In this document: piece after piece, positions 1 through 13,162 of the stretch
Position numbering within the stretch: position 1 is the stretch's first letter
How the letters are laid out: each line of letters opens with the position of its first letter
From: the human T2T-CHM13v2.0 reference genome, Homo sapiens
NCBI RefSeq assembly: GCF_009914755.1
Contig: NC_060930.1
Direction: 5' to 3' (one strand)
DNA: 64,000 nt
Translations under genes and position numbers: made by a program
The notes under the pieces: model-generated
Seen by the model: only the letters and a program-made list of their open reading frames with translations
Database searches by the model: none
What the model was told of the DNA's origin: nothing

Positions 1-3000
1 TGCCTCCAGATTTGTTCTTTTTGCTAAGTCTTGCTTTGGTTATACAGACTCTTTTTTTGGTTCCATATGAATTTCAGGATCATTTTTTTTTCCAGTTCTG
101 TGAAGAATGATGGTGGTACTTTGATGGGAATTGCATTGAATTTGCAGATTGCTTTTGGCAGTATGTTCATTTTCACAATATTGATTGTATCCATGAGCAT
201 GGGATGTGTTTCCATTTCTTCGTGTCATCTATGATTTCTTTCAGCAGTGTTTTGTAGTTTTCCTTGTAGAGGTCTTTCACATCCTTAGTTAGGTATATTC
301 CTAAGTATCTTATTTTTTTGCAGCTATTTTGAAAGGAGTTGAGTCTTGATTTGATTCTTGGTTTGGTTGCTGTTGGTGTGTAGCAGGGCTCCTGATTTAT
401 GTACATTAATTTTGTATCTTGAAACTGCAGAATTCATTTACCAGTTCCAGGAGCTTTTAGGATGAGTCTTTAGGGTTTTCTAGGTATACAGTCATATCAT
501 GAACAAACAGGGACACTTTGACTTCCTCTTTGCTGATTTGGATGCCTTTTATTTATTTCTCTAATCTGATTGCTCTGGCTAGGACTTCCAGTACTATGTT
601 GAATAGAAGTGATGAAAGTGGGCATCCTCATCTTGTTCCAGTTCTCAGGGGAAATGCTTTCAACTTTTTCCTGTTCAGTACAATGTTGCCTGTGGGTTTG
701 TCATAGATGGCTTTTATTACCTTAAGGTATGTCTCCTCTATGCCAACTTTGCTGAGGGCTTTAATCATAAAGAGATGCTGGATTTTGTTGAATGCTTTTT
801 CTGCATCTATTGAGATGATCATGTGATTTTTATTTTTAATTCTGTTAATGTGGTGTATCAGATTTATTGACTTATGTATGTTAAACATTCCCTGAATTCT
901 TGGTATGAAACCCACTTGATCATCGTGGATTATCTTTTTGATATGCTGTTGGATTTAGTTCATTAGTGTTTTGGTGAGGATTTTTACACCTACATTCATC
1001 AGGGATATTGGTTTGCAGTTTTTTTGTTATGTCCTTTCTTGGTTTTGATGTTAGGGTGATACTGGCTTCATAGAGTGAATTAGGGAAGATTCTCTCTTTC
1101 TCTATCTTTTGGAATAGTGTCAATAGGATTGGTCCCAATTCTTCTTTGAATGTCTGATAGAATTCAGCTGTGAATCTGTCTGGTCTTGGACTTTTTTTTG
1201 GTTGGTGGTTTTTAAAATTACCATTTCAATCTTGTTGCTTGTTATTGGTCTGTTCAGAGATTCTGTATCTTCCTGATTTATTCTAGGAGGCTTGTATATT
1301 TTTAGGAATTTATCCATCTCCTCTAGATTTTCTAGTTTATGCCCATAAAGGTGTTTATAGTAGCCTTGAATAATCTTTTCTATTTCTGTAGTATCAGTTA
1401 TAATATCTCTTGTTTTGTTACTAATTGAGCTTATTTGGATCTTTTCTCTTTTTTCTTGGTTAATCTTGTTAATGGTCTATCAATTTTGTTTACCTTTTCA
1501 AAGAACCGACTTTTTGTTTCCTTTGCTTTTTGTATTTTTTTGTTTGTTTGTTTCAATTTCATTTAGTTCTGATCTGATCATCATTATTTCTTTTCTTCTG
1601 CTAGGTTTGGGCTTGGATTGTTTTTGTTTCTCCAGTACCATGAGGTGTGACCTTAGACTGTTTATTTGTGCTCTTTCAGACTTTTTGATGTAGACATTTA
1701 ATGCTATGAACTTTCCTGTTAGCACTGCTTTTGATGTATTGCAAGGGTTTTGATAGGTTGTGTCTCTATTATCATTCAGTTCAAAGAATTTTTAAATTTC
1801 CATCTTGATTTCATTATTCACCCAATGATCATTCGGGAACAGGTTATTTAATTTTCATATATTTGCATGCTTTGAGGATTCTTTTTGGAGCTGATTTCCA
1901 ATTTTATTCCACTGTGGTCTGAGAAAATACTTGATATAATTTCAATTTCCTTATATTTACTGAGACTTATATTTTGTGGCCTATCATTTGGTCTATCTTG
2001 AAGAATGTTCTATGTAGTGATGCGTAGAATGTATATTCTGAAGCTGTTGGGTAGAATTTTCTGTAAATATCTGAGAAGTCCATTTGTTCATTGTTTCTTT
2101 GTTGACTTTCTGTCTCGATGACCTGCCTAGTGCTGTCAGTGGAGTATTGAAGTCCCCCCACTGTTTTTGTGTTGCCATGTATCTCATTTCTTAGGTCTAG
2201 TAGTAATTGTTTTATAAATTTGGGAGCATCAGTGTTGGGTGCTATATATTCAGAATTGTGGTATTTTCCTTTTAGACTAGTTATTTTATCATTATATAAT
2301 GTCCCTATTTGTCTTTTTTAACTGCTATTGTAGGTCTGTTTTGTGTAATATAAGAATAGCTACTACTGCTCGCTTTTGGTGTCCATTTGCGTAAAGTGTC
2401 TTTCTCCACTCCTTCACCTTTAGTTTTTGTGAGTCCTTATGTACTAGGTGAGTCTCTGGAACACAGGAGAGACTTGGTTGGTGAATTCTTATTCTGCCAT
2501 TCTGTATCTTTTAAATAAAGCATTAGGTCATTTACATTCAATATCAGTATTGAGATATGAGGTACTATTCTATGCATCATGCTATTTGTTGTCTGAATAC
2601 CTTGTGTTTTTTTTTTCTTTTCATTGTGTTATTGTTATACAGGTCCTGTGAGATTTATCCTTTAAGGAGGTTCTATTTTGGCTTATTTTGAGCATTTAGA
2701 ACTCCTTGTAGTGCTGGCTTGGTAGTGGTGAATTCTCTCAGCATTTGTTTGTCTGGAAAAGACTGTATCTTTCCTTTATTTATGAAGCTTAGTTTTGCTC
2801 AATACAAAATTCTTGGCTGATCATTGTTTTGTTTCAGGAGGCTAAAATTAGGATCCCAATCCCTCCTAGCTTGTAGGGTTTCTGCTGAGAAATCTGCTGT
2901 TAATCTGATAGGTTTTACTTTACAGGTTACCTGACGCTTTTGCCTCACAACTCTTAAGATTCTTTCCTTTGTCTTGACTTTATTTTTTTATTTTTATTCT

Positions 3001-3002
3001 TT

Positions 3003-3468
3003 AAAGTGAAAGCAAGTTTATTAAGAAGTAGAAGAATAAAAGAATGGCTACTCCATAGACAGAGCAGCCCCCAGGGCTGCTGGTTGCCCATCTTTATGGT
3101 TATTTCTTGATGATATGCTAAACAAAGGGTAGATTATTCATGTCTCCCTTTTTTAGACCATACAGGGTAACTTCCAGGTGTTGCCATGGCATTTGTAAAC
3201 TGTCATGATGCTGGCAGGAGTATAGCAGTGAGGACAACCAGAGGTCACTCTTGTCACCAACTTGGTTTTGGTGAGTTTTAGCCAGCTTCTTTACTGCAAC
3301 CTGTTTTATCAGCAAGGTTTTTATGACCTCAATCCTGTGCCATCCTCCTATCTCATCCTGTGACTTAGAATGCCTTAGCCAACTGGGAATGCAGCCCATT
3401 ATGTTTCAGCCTTATTTTACCCAGTTCCTACTCAAGATGGAGTTGCTCTGGTTCACATGCCTCTGACA
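3003..3468 (-). mobile_element. MER41A LTR (ERV1), U3-R only, ending in a poly(A) tail
   Basis: Minus strand starts TGTCAGAGGCATGTGAACCAGAGCAACTCCATCTTGAG and follows MER41A to AATAAACTTGCTTTCACTTT, then an A-rich tail (2983-3002). U5 is absent. Confidence 0.9.
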
Positions 3469-3715
3469 CAAGCACTCCAAACTGGTTTCCATTTCAATTT
3501 TCTCTCATTATGTTTTGACTTTAGATAACCTGATGACTATGTGCCTAGGTGTTGATATTTTTGTGATGGATTTTCCAGGTATTCTTTGAGCTTCTTTTTT
3601 TTTTTTTGGATGTGTAGATCTCTAGCAAGACTGAGGAAGTGTTCCTCAATTATTCCCTCAAATATGCTTTCCAAACTTTTAGATTTTTCTTGTTCCTCAG
3701 GAACACCAATTATTC

Positions 3716-4114
3716 TTAAGTTTGGATGTTTAACATGTAAGTAGTCCCAAACTTCTTGGAGGCTTTGTTCATATTTTTAAATTCTTTTTTCTTTGTTCTT
3801 GATGTATTGGGTAAATTCAAAAGCCTGTCTTCAAGCTCTGAAGTTCCTTCCTCAGCTTGTTTGATTTTATTGCTGAGACTTTCCAGTGCATTTTGCATTT
3901 CTGTAAGTGTGTCCTTGATTTCCAGAAGTTGTGTTTTTTTAAAATTTATGCTCTCTTTTTCACTGAATAATTTTCCTTTCATATCATGCATCATATTTTT
4001 GATTTCTTTAAGTTGGACTTCAGCTTTCTCTGTTGCCTCCTTGATTCGCTTAATAATCAACCTTCTGAATTCTTTTTCTTGCAGTTCAGAGGTTTTGTCT
4101 TGATTTGGATCCAT
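3716..4114 (-). pseudogene. Decayed L1 ORF1p N-terminal/coiled-coil fragment
   Basis: 132-aa ORF with coiled-coil heptad character, lying directly downstream of the L1 5'UTR. Confidence 0.85.
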
Positions 4115-5394
4115 TGCTGGTGAGCTGGTATGGTCATTTGGGGTGTTAAAGAAACTTGTTTTGTCATATTACCAGAATTGTTTTTCTGTTCCCTTCTCAT
4201 TTGGATAGACTCTGTCATAGAGAGGATCTGGGATTCAAGCGCTGCTGTTCAGGTCCTTTTGCCTCACGGGATGCTCCCTTGAGGTAGTGTTCTCCCACTT
4301 CCCCCAGGAGTAGGGTTTCCTGAGAGCTGAACTGTAGTGATTGTTTTTGCTCTTCTGGGTCTAGCCACGCAGTGGAGCAACCAGGCTCTGGGCTGGTACT
4401 GGGGAATGTCTGCAAAGAGTCCTGTGATGTGATTCATCTTCACATCTTGCTACCATGGATACCAGCACCTGCTCCAGTGGAGGAGGCAGGGAAGAGAAGT
4501 GGACTCTGTGAGGGTTCATTGGTTTTGGTTTTGTGTTGGTTGGCCTCCAGCTTGGAGGTGGCTCTTTCAAGAGTGCATCAGTTGCAGTCTTATAGGGAGG
4601 AAGCAAACTTGCCCTAGGGACACCTGGTTAAGTATTCAGATTTCTCAGGTGGTAGGCAGGGACATAGAACTTCCAAGAGATTATGACCTTTGTCTTCGGC
4701 TACCAGGGCAATTAGAGAAAAACCACCAGGTGGGGGCAGGAATAAGCATGTCTGAGCTCAGCCTCTCCTTGGGCTGGGCCTGCTGTGGCTGCTGTAGGGG
4801 AGGGGATGTGGTTCCCAGCCCCATTAAGTTATATTTCCAGGTGCATTATGGCTGCCTCTGCTGAGTCATACAGATTGCCATGGGAGTGGGGGAAAACTGG
4901 CAATCACAGGCCCCACCCCACCCCCACACAGCCTGCAGTCCTAAAGGCCAGTCTCACCCTCACTGTGCTCCCTCAACAGCACCAAGTCTATTTCAAGGCA
5001 AATGGTGACCAGGGCTGAGAACTTGCCCCAGACAACGAGCCTCCCTATTGAGAAAGCAAGCAGACTCACAGTTTTTCGGCATCTCAGGGAGCCTGCAGGG
5101 GTTATCCAGTTCCATCAAAGTGTCTGTGGATTCTCTTGGCTTTCCCAGTACATTCCTGAAGTAGTTCTTGGAGCAGAAGTTTACGATATGAGTCTCCACA
5201 CACTACTCTGTCTGTCTGAGTAGGGGCTGCAAGTTAGTCCTGCCTCCTATTTGCCATATTAATCCATGTTAACCACAGTTTATCTCTAGTTTTAACCATA
5301 TCTTTAGGCTAAGGACTTATATATCCAGCTACCTCCTGTATATCCCAACTTATCCACCATTATTCGTGTTTATAATAATTATTCTCATTGTTAT

Positions 5395-7356
5395 ATTTTT
5401 TCAAATTCAACTTTTATTTTAGATGCAGGGGATACATGTGCGGGTTTGCTACATGGGTATATTGCACCCAGGTGGTGAGCATAGTACCCAATAGGTATTT
5501 TTTCAAACCCAACCCCCTTCTTCCCTCCCCGCTCTAGCAGGCCACCATGTCTATTGCTCCCATGTTTACATTCTTGATTGCTCAATGTTTAGCTCTCACT
5601 TATAAGTGAGAACATGATATATTTACTTTGCTATTCCTGCATTAATTTGCTTAGGATTATGGCCTCCAGCTCCATCCATGTTGCTGAGAAGAACATGACT
5701 TCATTCTTTGTGTGGCTGTGTAGTATTCCATGGCATATATGTACCACATTTTCTTTATCCAATCCACCAGTTATGGGCACCTAGGTTGATTCCATCTCTT
5801 TGCTGTTGTAAAGCAAAGCATGTGTCTTTTCGGTGTAGTGATCTATTTTGGGGGGATATATGCCCAGTAATAGGATTGCTGGGTCAAATGGTATCTCTGT
5901 CTTAAGTCCTTTGAGAAATCTCCAGAAAGCTTTCCACAGTGGCCGAACTAATTTATATACCCACCAACAATGTATACGTGTTTCCTTTTTCCTGCAGCCT
6001 CATTGGCATCTGCTGTGTTTTTACCTTTTAATAAAAGACACTCTGACTGGTATGAGATCGTATCTCATGGTGGTTTTGATGTGCATGTCTCTAATAATTA
6101 GTGATGTTGAGCATTTTTTCATAAGTTTGCTGGCCACTTCTATGTCTGCTTTTGAGAAGTGTCTGTTCATGTCTCTTGCCCATTTTTTAATAAAGTTATT
6201 TGCTTTTTGCTTGTTGGTTTAAGCTCCTTATAAATTCTGGATATTAGGACTTTGTTGGTTGCATAGTTTGCAAATATTTTTCTCATTCTCTGGATTGTCT
6301 CTTTACTCTATTGATAGTTTCTTTTGCTGTGCAGAAGCTCTTTAGTTTAATTAGGTCCCATTTGTCAATTTTTATGTTGCAATTCCTTTTGGAAACTTCA
6401 TCAAAAATTCTTTCCTAAGGCTGATGTTGAGAAAGATATTTCCTAGGTTTTCTTCTAGGATTGTTATAGTTTGAGGTCTAGCATTTAAATCTTTAATTAA
6501 TCTTGAGTTAATTTTTGTATATGGTGGATAGTAAGTGTCAAGTTTCATTTTCTGCATATGGCTAGCCAGCTATCCCAGCATCATTTATTGAATAAGTCCT
6601 TCACCCATTGCTTGTTTTTGCCAACCTTATTGAGATCAGATGGTTGTAAGTGTGTGGCTTTATTTCTGAGTTCTGTGTTCTGTTCTATTTTTTTATGAAT
6701 CTGTTTTTGTATTAGTACCATGCCGTTTGGTCACTATAATTTTAAAGTACAGTTTGACGTCAGGTAGTGTGATGCCTCTGGCTTTGCTCTTTTTGGTTAG
6801 GATTGCTTTGTCTATTCAGGCTTTTTTGTTGTTCCATATAAATTGTAAAATAGTTTTTTTCTAATTCAGTGAAGAATGACATTGGTAGTTTGATAGGAAT
6901 AGTGATGAAATTGCTTGGGGCAGTATGGCCATTTTAACAATATTGATTCTTCCAGTCCTGACCATGCAATGTTTTTCCATTTACTTGTGTTATTTCTCAT
7001 TTCTTTCAGCAGTGTTTTGTAGTTCTCCTTGCAGAGATTTGTCACCTCCTTGGTTAGCTGTATTCCTAGGTATTTCATTTTCTTTGTAGCTATTGTAAAT
7101 TAAATTGTGTTCTTGATTTGACTCTCATCCTGGCCATTATTGGTGTACAGAAATACTACTGATTTTTGTGTATTGATTTTGTATCCTGAAACCTTTAAAT
7201 TATTTATTCATTCTCTAAGTCTTTTGGGGGAGTCTTTAGGATCTTCTAGGTATAGAACCATATCCTCAGCAAAGAGAAATAGTATCACCTTTTCTTTTCT
7301 TGTTTGGATGCCTTTTATTTCTTTTTCTTGCCTTATTGCTCTGCTAGGATATCCTA
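5395..7356 (-). mobile_element. 5'-truncated L1 (older L1PA, about L1PA15-16), 3' ~2 kb
   Basis: ORF2 C-terminal peptides ([25 protein letters not shown]) and L1 3'UTR; TSD TCATTGTTAT at 5385-5394 and 7357-7366. Confidence 0.9.
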
Positions 7357-7847
7357 TCATTGTTATTTTATTCTGTTTAGTTACCTTATAAAACATGCTA
7401 TTCCATGTCGCCATGACATCCCTTACCTGAAATGTTATTCTCAACTTTCTTCAATTGTTAAAGAACAAAAGTCTGAAGTCCCTAATTCTAACTCTGTCAC
7501 TAATTTACTACACATCATTGGAAATTTTATTTATCCTGTTTTAGTCCAGTAGCCACATTTGTAAAGGGATTTTTTTTCCAAAAAAATAGATAAATAAACA
7601 GATATATACTTCATGGGAATTTTATTGGAATCAAATTAGATAGTACATAAAGCAAAATAATCAACATATACTAAACAGTCAGACAGTTTATTATTGTTAA
7701 TATTATTGGCACAACTTAAGTATTATCTCCACCATGGATACTTTCATGAATTCTTAGGATTATTATACCACTACTTCTCTAAACTCCAATACAATCTTGT
7801 GCCACTTTCTTATATTACTTACTATGATATATTGAAATTTTCTCTTT

Positions 7848-8916
7848 TTTTATTATACTTTAAGTTCTAGGGTACATGTGCACAACGTGCAGGTTTGTTA
7901 CATATGTATACATGTGCCATGTTGGTGTGCCGCACCCACCAAGTCGTCATTTACATTAGGTATATCTCCTAATGCTATCCTTCCACCCTCCCGCCACCCC
8001 ACAACAGGCCCCAGTGTGAGATGTTCCCCTTCCTGTGTCCATGTGTTCTCATTGTTCAATTCCCACCTATGAGTGAGAACATGCAGTGTTTGGTTTTCTG
8101 TCCTTGTGATAGTTTGCTGAGAATGATGGTTTCCAGCCTCATCCATGTCCCTACAAAGGACATGAACTCATCATTTTTTATGGCTGCATAGTATTCCATG
8201 GTGCATATGTGCCACATTTTCTTAATCCAGTCTATCGTTGTTGGACATTTGGGTTGGTTCCAAGTCTTTGCTAGTGTGAATAGTGCCACAATAAACATAT
8301 GTGTGCATGTGTCTTTATAGCAGCATGATTTATAATCCTTTGGGTATATACCCAGTAATGGGATGGCTGGGTCAAATGGTATTTCTAGTTCTAGATCCTT
8401 GAGGAATCACCACACTGACTTCCACAATGGTTGAACTAGTTTACAGTCCCACCAACAGTGTAAAAGTGTTCCTATTTCTCCACATCCTCTCCAGCACCTG
8501 TTGTTTCCTGACTTTTTAATGATCGCCATTCTAACTGGTGTGAGATGGTATTGCATTGTGGTTTTGATTTGCATTTCTCTGATGGCCAGTGCTGATGAGC
8601 ATTTTTTCATGTTTCTTTTAGCTGCATAAATGTCTTCTTTTAAGAAGTGTCTGTTCATATCCTTCACCCACTTCTTGATTGTGTTGTTTGTTTTTTTTCT
8701 TGCAAATTTGTCTGAGTTCTTTGTAGATTCTGGATATTAGCCCTTTGTCAGATGAGTAGATTGCAAAAATTTTCTCCCATTCTGTAGGTTGCCTGTTCAC
8801 TCTGATGGTAGTTTCTTTTGCTGTGCAGAAGCTCTTTAGTTTAATTAGATCCCCTTTGTCAATTTTGGCTTTTGTTGCCATTGCTTTTGGTGTTTTAAAC
8901 ATGAAGTCCTTGCCCA
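7848..8916 (-). mobile_element. 5'-truncated L1PA (about L1PA4-5), 1.07 kb
   Basis: ORF2 C-terminal peptides ([25 protein letters not shown]) and 3'UTR; perfect 15-bp TSD TGAAATTTTCTCTTT at 7833-7847 and 8917-8931. Confidence 0.96.
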
Positions 8917-8939
8917 TGAAATTTTCTCTTTACATGCCA

Positions 8940-9050
8940 CTGTACTATAAATTTCTCTGGAGCAGAGATTCTGTCTTAATCATCTATGCAGGTTTTTAGT
9001 ATAATTCCTGGTTCAAAGTAAGCATTCAGTAAGTATTTGTTGAACATAAT
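8940..9050 (+). mobile_element. L2 3'-end fragment
   Basis: Degenerate L2 tail (AGCAGAGATTCTGTC...CCTGG...AGTAAGCATTCAGTAAGTATTTGTTGAA). Confidence 0.5.
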
Positions 9051-9398
9051 TGCATAACTACAATGTGATCAGGAGATTCTGAGCAATCTTATTAATATAT
9101 CAAAAGAAAAATAACAGATAAAAATGAGTAAATAACATTTATTTAAAATTTTACAACAGACACTGTGCTGGATACATACTAAAGGAATTACAGTAATCTT
9201 GTGCAGCAACTATTGTCATTTCCAATTTATATGTAACATAATTGAGATTTAAAGGGTTTATATATCCAGATCACATTTCCAGTAATAGTTATGAATCAGT
9301 CTTCATAATGAAGACTGAAAGTCCTCAACTTTCAGCTCCAAATTGAAATATCATATTATGAAAAATATTGAGTTATGTATTAAAGTAAAATTAGGATT

Positions 9399-9561
9399 AT
9401 TTTTAAAATTTGAGGCAGGTTCTTAGTTTCTTGTTGCCCAGGCAGGAGTGCAATGGGGCACTCATAGCCCACTATAGCTTCGAAATCCTGAGCTCAAGTG
9501 ATCTTCCCACCTCAGCCTCTGAAGTGGGCTGGGACTACAGGCACATTTACCATGCCCAGAC
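9399..9561 (-). mobile_element. Free Alu monomer (FRAM/FAM-like)
   Basis: About 160-bp diverged Alu arm (GTTGCCCAGGCAGGAGTGCAATGG...CTCAAGTGATCTTCCCACCTCAGCC...GGGACTACAGGC). Confidence 0.8.
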
Positions 9562-10476
9562 TTGATCAGGATTTTTTTTTTGAAGCTAAAGCCTGAGAAT
9601 TGCCTTTGAAAGATCCATAAATATTCTGTGAATTCATGTACAATTGGTGTGTATGTGTAATTTTTTGGCAATAGCACCCATGGCTTTTATTAGAATCACA
9701 AAATAGTTCATGACCTGAAAAGGGTTTTTAGGTGAAGTTTTAAATGATACATTTTATTATTCAAAACATTTGATTAAACCAGTGTACTCTATTTTTTACT
9801 ACTATTTATTTAGCATTAGGTTGTATGTAAAACCAGTGACCAATGCTAAAATTATATGTGACATAATTTTGCATTTCTTAAGTGCAATAAAACTAATTAA
9901 TTTGACACCAATTTTCGAAAGTGATATGCAGTCATAAATATTACTTGGTCTACTAAGCAATTAACAACTTTCAAAGAAAATGCCTACTCTAATAAAATAA
10001 GCCAATTAATTTTCAAGAATCACCTACTTACATAAAAGAGATGTGCTAATTATATATTATACTACTTATTAAGACATGTCCCAGAGAAATTTATTTGATG
10101 GTGCTTTTATAGTTAGTGGTTATTATATATTGGTAAGCAATATCATATTTCCAAAAATGTTTTAATGGAAGAGGTTGAAATAGCTGGCCTCAAAATTGAC
10201 TTCCACTATGGAAATACTTTTAAATTATTGATTCTTGTGGATAATTCAGACTTTAAAAACAAACAAGCAAAAAACTACACATACGTATATCACAAATGTG
10301 CTCCTAACTACACATAAGAAAAATAATATCATCTGCTTTTTCAATAAAATGAGCCCATATACACATTTATTTGGCCACCATCTAGCCTTTGTTGGGTCCT
10401 TTACATATGTCTTCCCTTTTTCATGTCTGAGAAATCAGCAACAACACTTTGTTCATTAATATCTCCTCCCTTTAAA

Positions 10477-10772
10477 CCATCATTCTCAGCAAACTATCAC
10501 AAGGACAAAAAACCAAACGCTGCATGTTCTCACTCATAGGTAGGAAATGAACAATGAGAACACTTGGACACAGGAAGGGGAACATCACACACTGGGGCCT
10601 GTTGTGGGGTGAGGGGAGCGGGGAGGGATAGCATTAGGAGATATACCTAATGTAAATGACGAGTTAATGGGTGCAGCACACCAACATGGCTCATGTATAC
10701 GTATGTAACAAACCTGCACGTTGTGCCCATGTACCCTAGAACTTAAAGTATAATAAAAAATATTAAAAAAAA
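10477..10772 (+). mobile_element. Short L1PA 3' end (about 300 bp)
   Basis: L1PA ORF2 end, 3'UTR and A tail; 16-bp TSD ATCTCCTCCCTTTAAA at 10461-10476 and 10773-10788. Confidence 0.95.
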
Positions 10773-11161
10773 ATCTCCTCCCTTTAAAAAAATATCCTGC
10801 CTGGATTGGCTACTGAGATAGGTTGTGTGGATTAGGGCTCTACCTACTTCTAAACTCTTTCTAACTTGTTTTCGGATGATAGATGCTAAGGAGTTTAAAA
10901 ATTAGACTCTCATGTGGAGTAGGGGCTGGAAACTCTTCTGGTTCTCCCAAGAAAAGGAAGCTACACAGAAGACCTGGAAGCAGAAGCGATCCTGGGGAAC
11001 TTTTGTAGCTCAAAGGGAATTGAATTTCTGGCAAATAAAGTGATGAAGTCATTCGGTTCTTCTGGAGTTTCTGTAGTGTAGTTTTTTGTTTGTTTGCTTC
11101 CACTTCATAGAATCATAGGTGTAATGTGGCAGGTAGTGAAAGTAGTGGTGTATTTTCAAAA

Positions 11162-11397
11162 CAGTGCTACTTAATGTGCTCATCTCAGAAAAGAACAAGA
11201 GCTTGCATCCAAATGTAAATTAACACACTACATCTTTTTTAAAGTCTCGCTATGAAAATATTTTCAAGTAAACTAGATAGTGTGCCTAATGACACAGGGG
11301 ATTTGCCATCTGGTTCAAGCACTTTTCTCATTCCAGACAAGTATCAGTATGCAGATCAGCCGTTGGTCCACAAACCACACTTGAATTGGAACACTAC
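11162..11397. mobile_element. Possible hAT-Charlie MITE (MER5C-like)
   Basis: Ends resemble CAGTGCTACT... and ...GGTCCACAAACCACACTTGA; interior heavily diverged. Confidence 0.35.
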
Positions 11398-12779
11398 GCC
11401 AGAATAATCCCATGGGGTAGTTGGGCATTTTCCTATTTGTGTTTTTCCTGTGTGGTTTTTCAGCTGTGTGGTGTCTAAACCTCATTCTTTGACTCTTTAG
11501 AAATTCTATAAACTATATAGTACCTCTAATAAAGCCCTCTTTTTTCTTGTGTTAGCTACAGTGAAGTCTGTTTTCTGCAACTAATATAGTCCTTACGTAG
11601 GAATTTGTTTCTGATAATATTATATTGTGATCATGGAGACTGTCAGACCTTTAATCCATATTGTTATTTTAAATACAAACATCAGTCTGCATTTGCGTGC
11701 AATTTTAGGTTGCAACTTGTTTTTGAACAAATCTCATGCTTCTTCCTATGGTTACCTCAGCTTAATACTTCTTTTGTTCATGCAAATAATCTTTTGAAGA
11801 ATACTGAGTTCTCAAATTTCCTCCATGAATCTGTACCTTTAGTTTATCCTGTGTGGCCAGACTATATACTTTTTTAAAAACTTGGGAGTAGCAATTGTTT
11901 CATAATTATATTATACCTAAAATAACTATGCTTATGTAGCATATGTTAAGAATTGCATCCATATGATAGTATTCATATCTAAAGAATTCATAATATGTGT
12001 CTAAAAGAATAACAAGTTATATACCTTCAAAGTAAGCTAGGGAAACATAAAAGCCCACGTAAGGTCAGCCATTCCTAAGTTAGCTAACCAAAGACAAATT
12101 GGGATTTCCCTGAAGCCATATCCCATGGAAATTTACCAAACAGCTTTCTCTTTCCTACTGTGAACACTGAAAGCTTGTGACTCCCAGGGCTTTATCCAGC
12201 TTACACAATTTTAGATTCTGACTTTTCAATCATATTAAATCTAAAATGTATCTGAAATTTTTATCATTGGAAACATTCTCCCATGGAGATTTAATCTTTC
12301 TCTTTGATGAAACTCCATTGGGATTCATGAAGGTCTTACTTCTTACAAGTCTACCTTCTGGTTATTTTGTTAAGGACTTATGAGCAAATCAGATATTAAG
12401 AATCATTGGCCTACAGAACAAAGTTCAAAACTCTTTGGTTGTATAAAAAATAGAACTACAAAAACGTTAAGTAGGAAAGAAAACTAAAAGGACAATACTG
12501 AATGAAGAGGAGTCTAAATTCCATATAAGATGCTAAATATTCATACCCTTTCTATAAAAATCAAGCCAAAGAAGATTCCTCTACCCCTCATGGGTAATTA
12601 TTAAGGATGTATAGGATTTAAAATATATTTTAATTACAAATAAAACAGTTTTGTTGAAAAAAACACATTATTTAGATTTGAATAAAACATAAAGTGACCA
12701 TCCCTAGCCACTTCCTCTTCCACTACCCAAAGTATCTACTCCCAACAGGAAGGTATGTCTCCTAATCCTTTCCTACTTT

Positions 12780-13162
12780 GGAAATATAGGATACCAAATA
12801 TTCCATGTACTCCTCTACATTTCTCAGCCTCTTTGTGGTTAAGTTCATTTGACTAATTGTGTCCATGAAATGTGAAAAGTGAAATGCATCCCTTCCAAGT
12901 GATGACAGTGCAAAGCAGCTGTATAATTCTTCAGTTGCTCTTTTTCTGTTGCTAGAACAACCAGTTGACCTTTGTTCAGGTAGCAGGGGAGAGGATTGAA
13001 GTGTTCATGATCACTGAGTCACTGGGGATGACAGCTGCCCACTGGAGTTGTCTAGATCCACAAAGAACTCACAAGAATGAGCCATAAATTCTTGCTGCCT
13101 TAAATCACTGAGACTTAAAAATTGTATATTACAAGAATAGCCCTCCCTATCCTGACTAAAAT
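12780..13162 (+). mobile_element. Old MaLR LTR (MLT1J/K/L-like)
   Basis: Characteristic 3' end (ATAAATTCTTGCTGCCTTAAATCACTGAGAC...CCTATCCTGACTAA); 5' boundary approximate. Confidence 0.6.

Larger units (their letters stand above)
1..5265 (-). mobile_element. LINE-1, L1PB-like: 5'UTR, ORF1 and 5' part of ORF2, running off the window start; interrupted at 2983-3510
   Basis: Minus-strand ORF fragments match ORF2 RT ([50 protein letters not shown]), EN (GDFNTPLTAL) and ORF1 (MDPNQDKTSELQEKEFRRLIIK). The 5' end reads ATGGCAAATAGGAGGCAGGACTAACTTGCAGC, typical of the L1PB 5'UTR. Many stops and frameshifts. Confidence 0.93.

Noticed and set aside
3003-3468. MER41 as an interferon-gamma (STAT1) enhancer
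   Set aside because: I saw no TTCCnGGAA tandem site; this is the MER41A form, which lacks the STAT1 segment found in MER41B.
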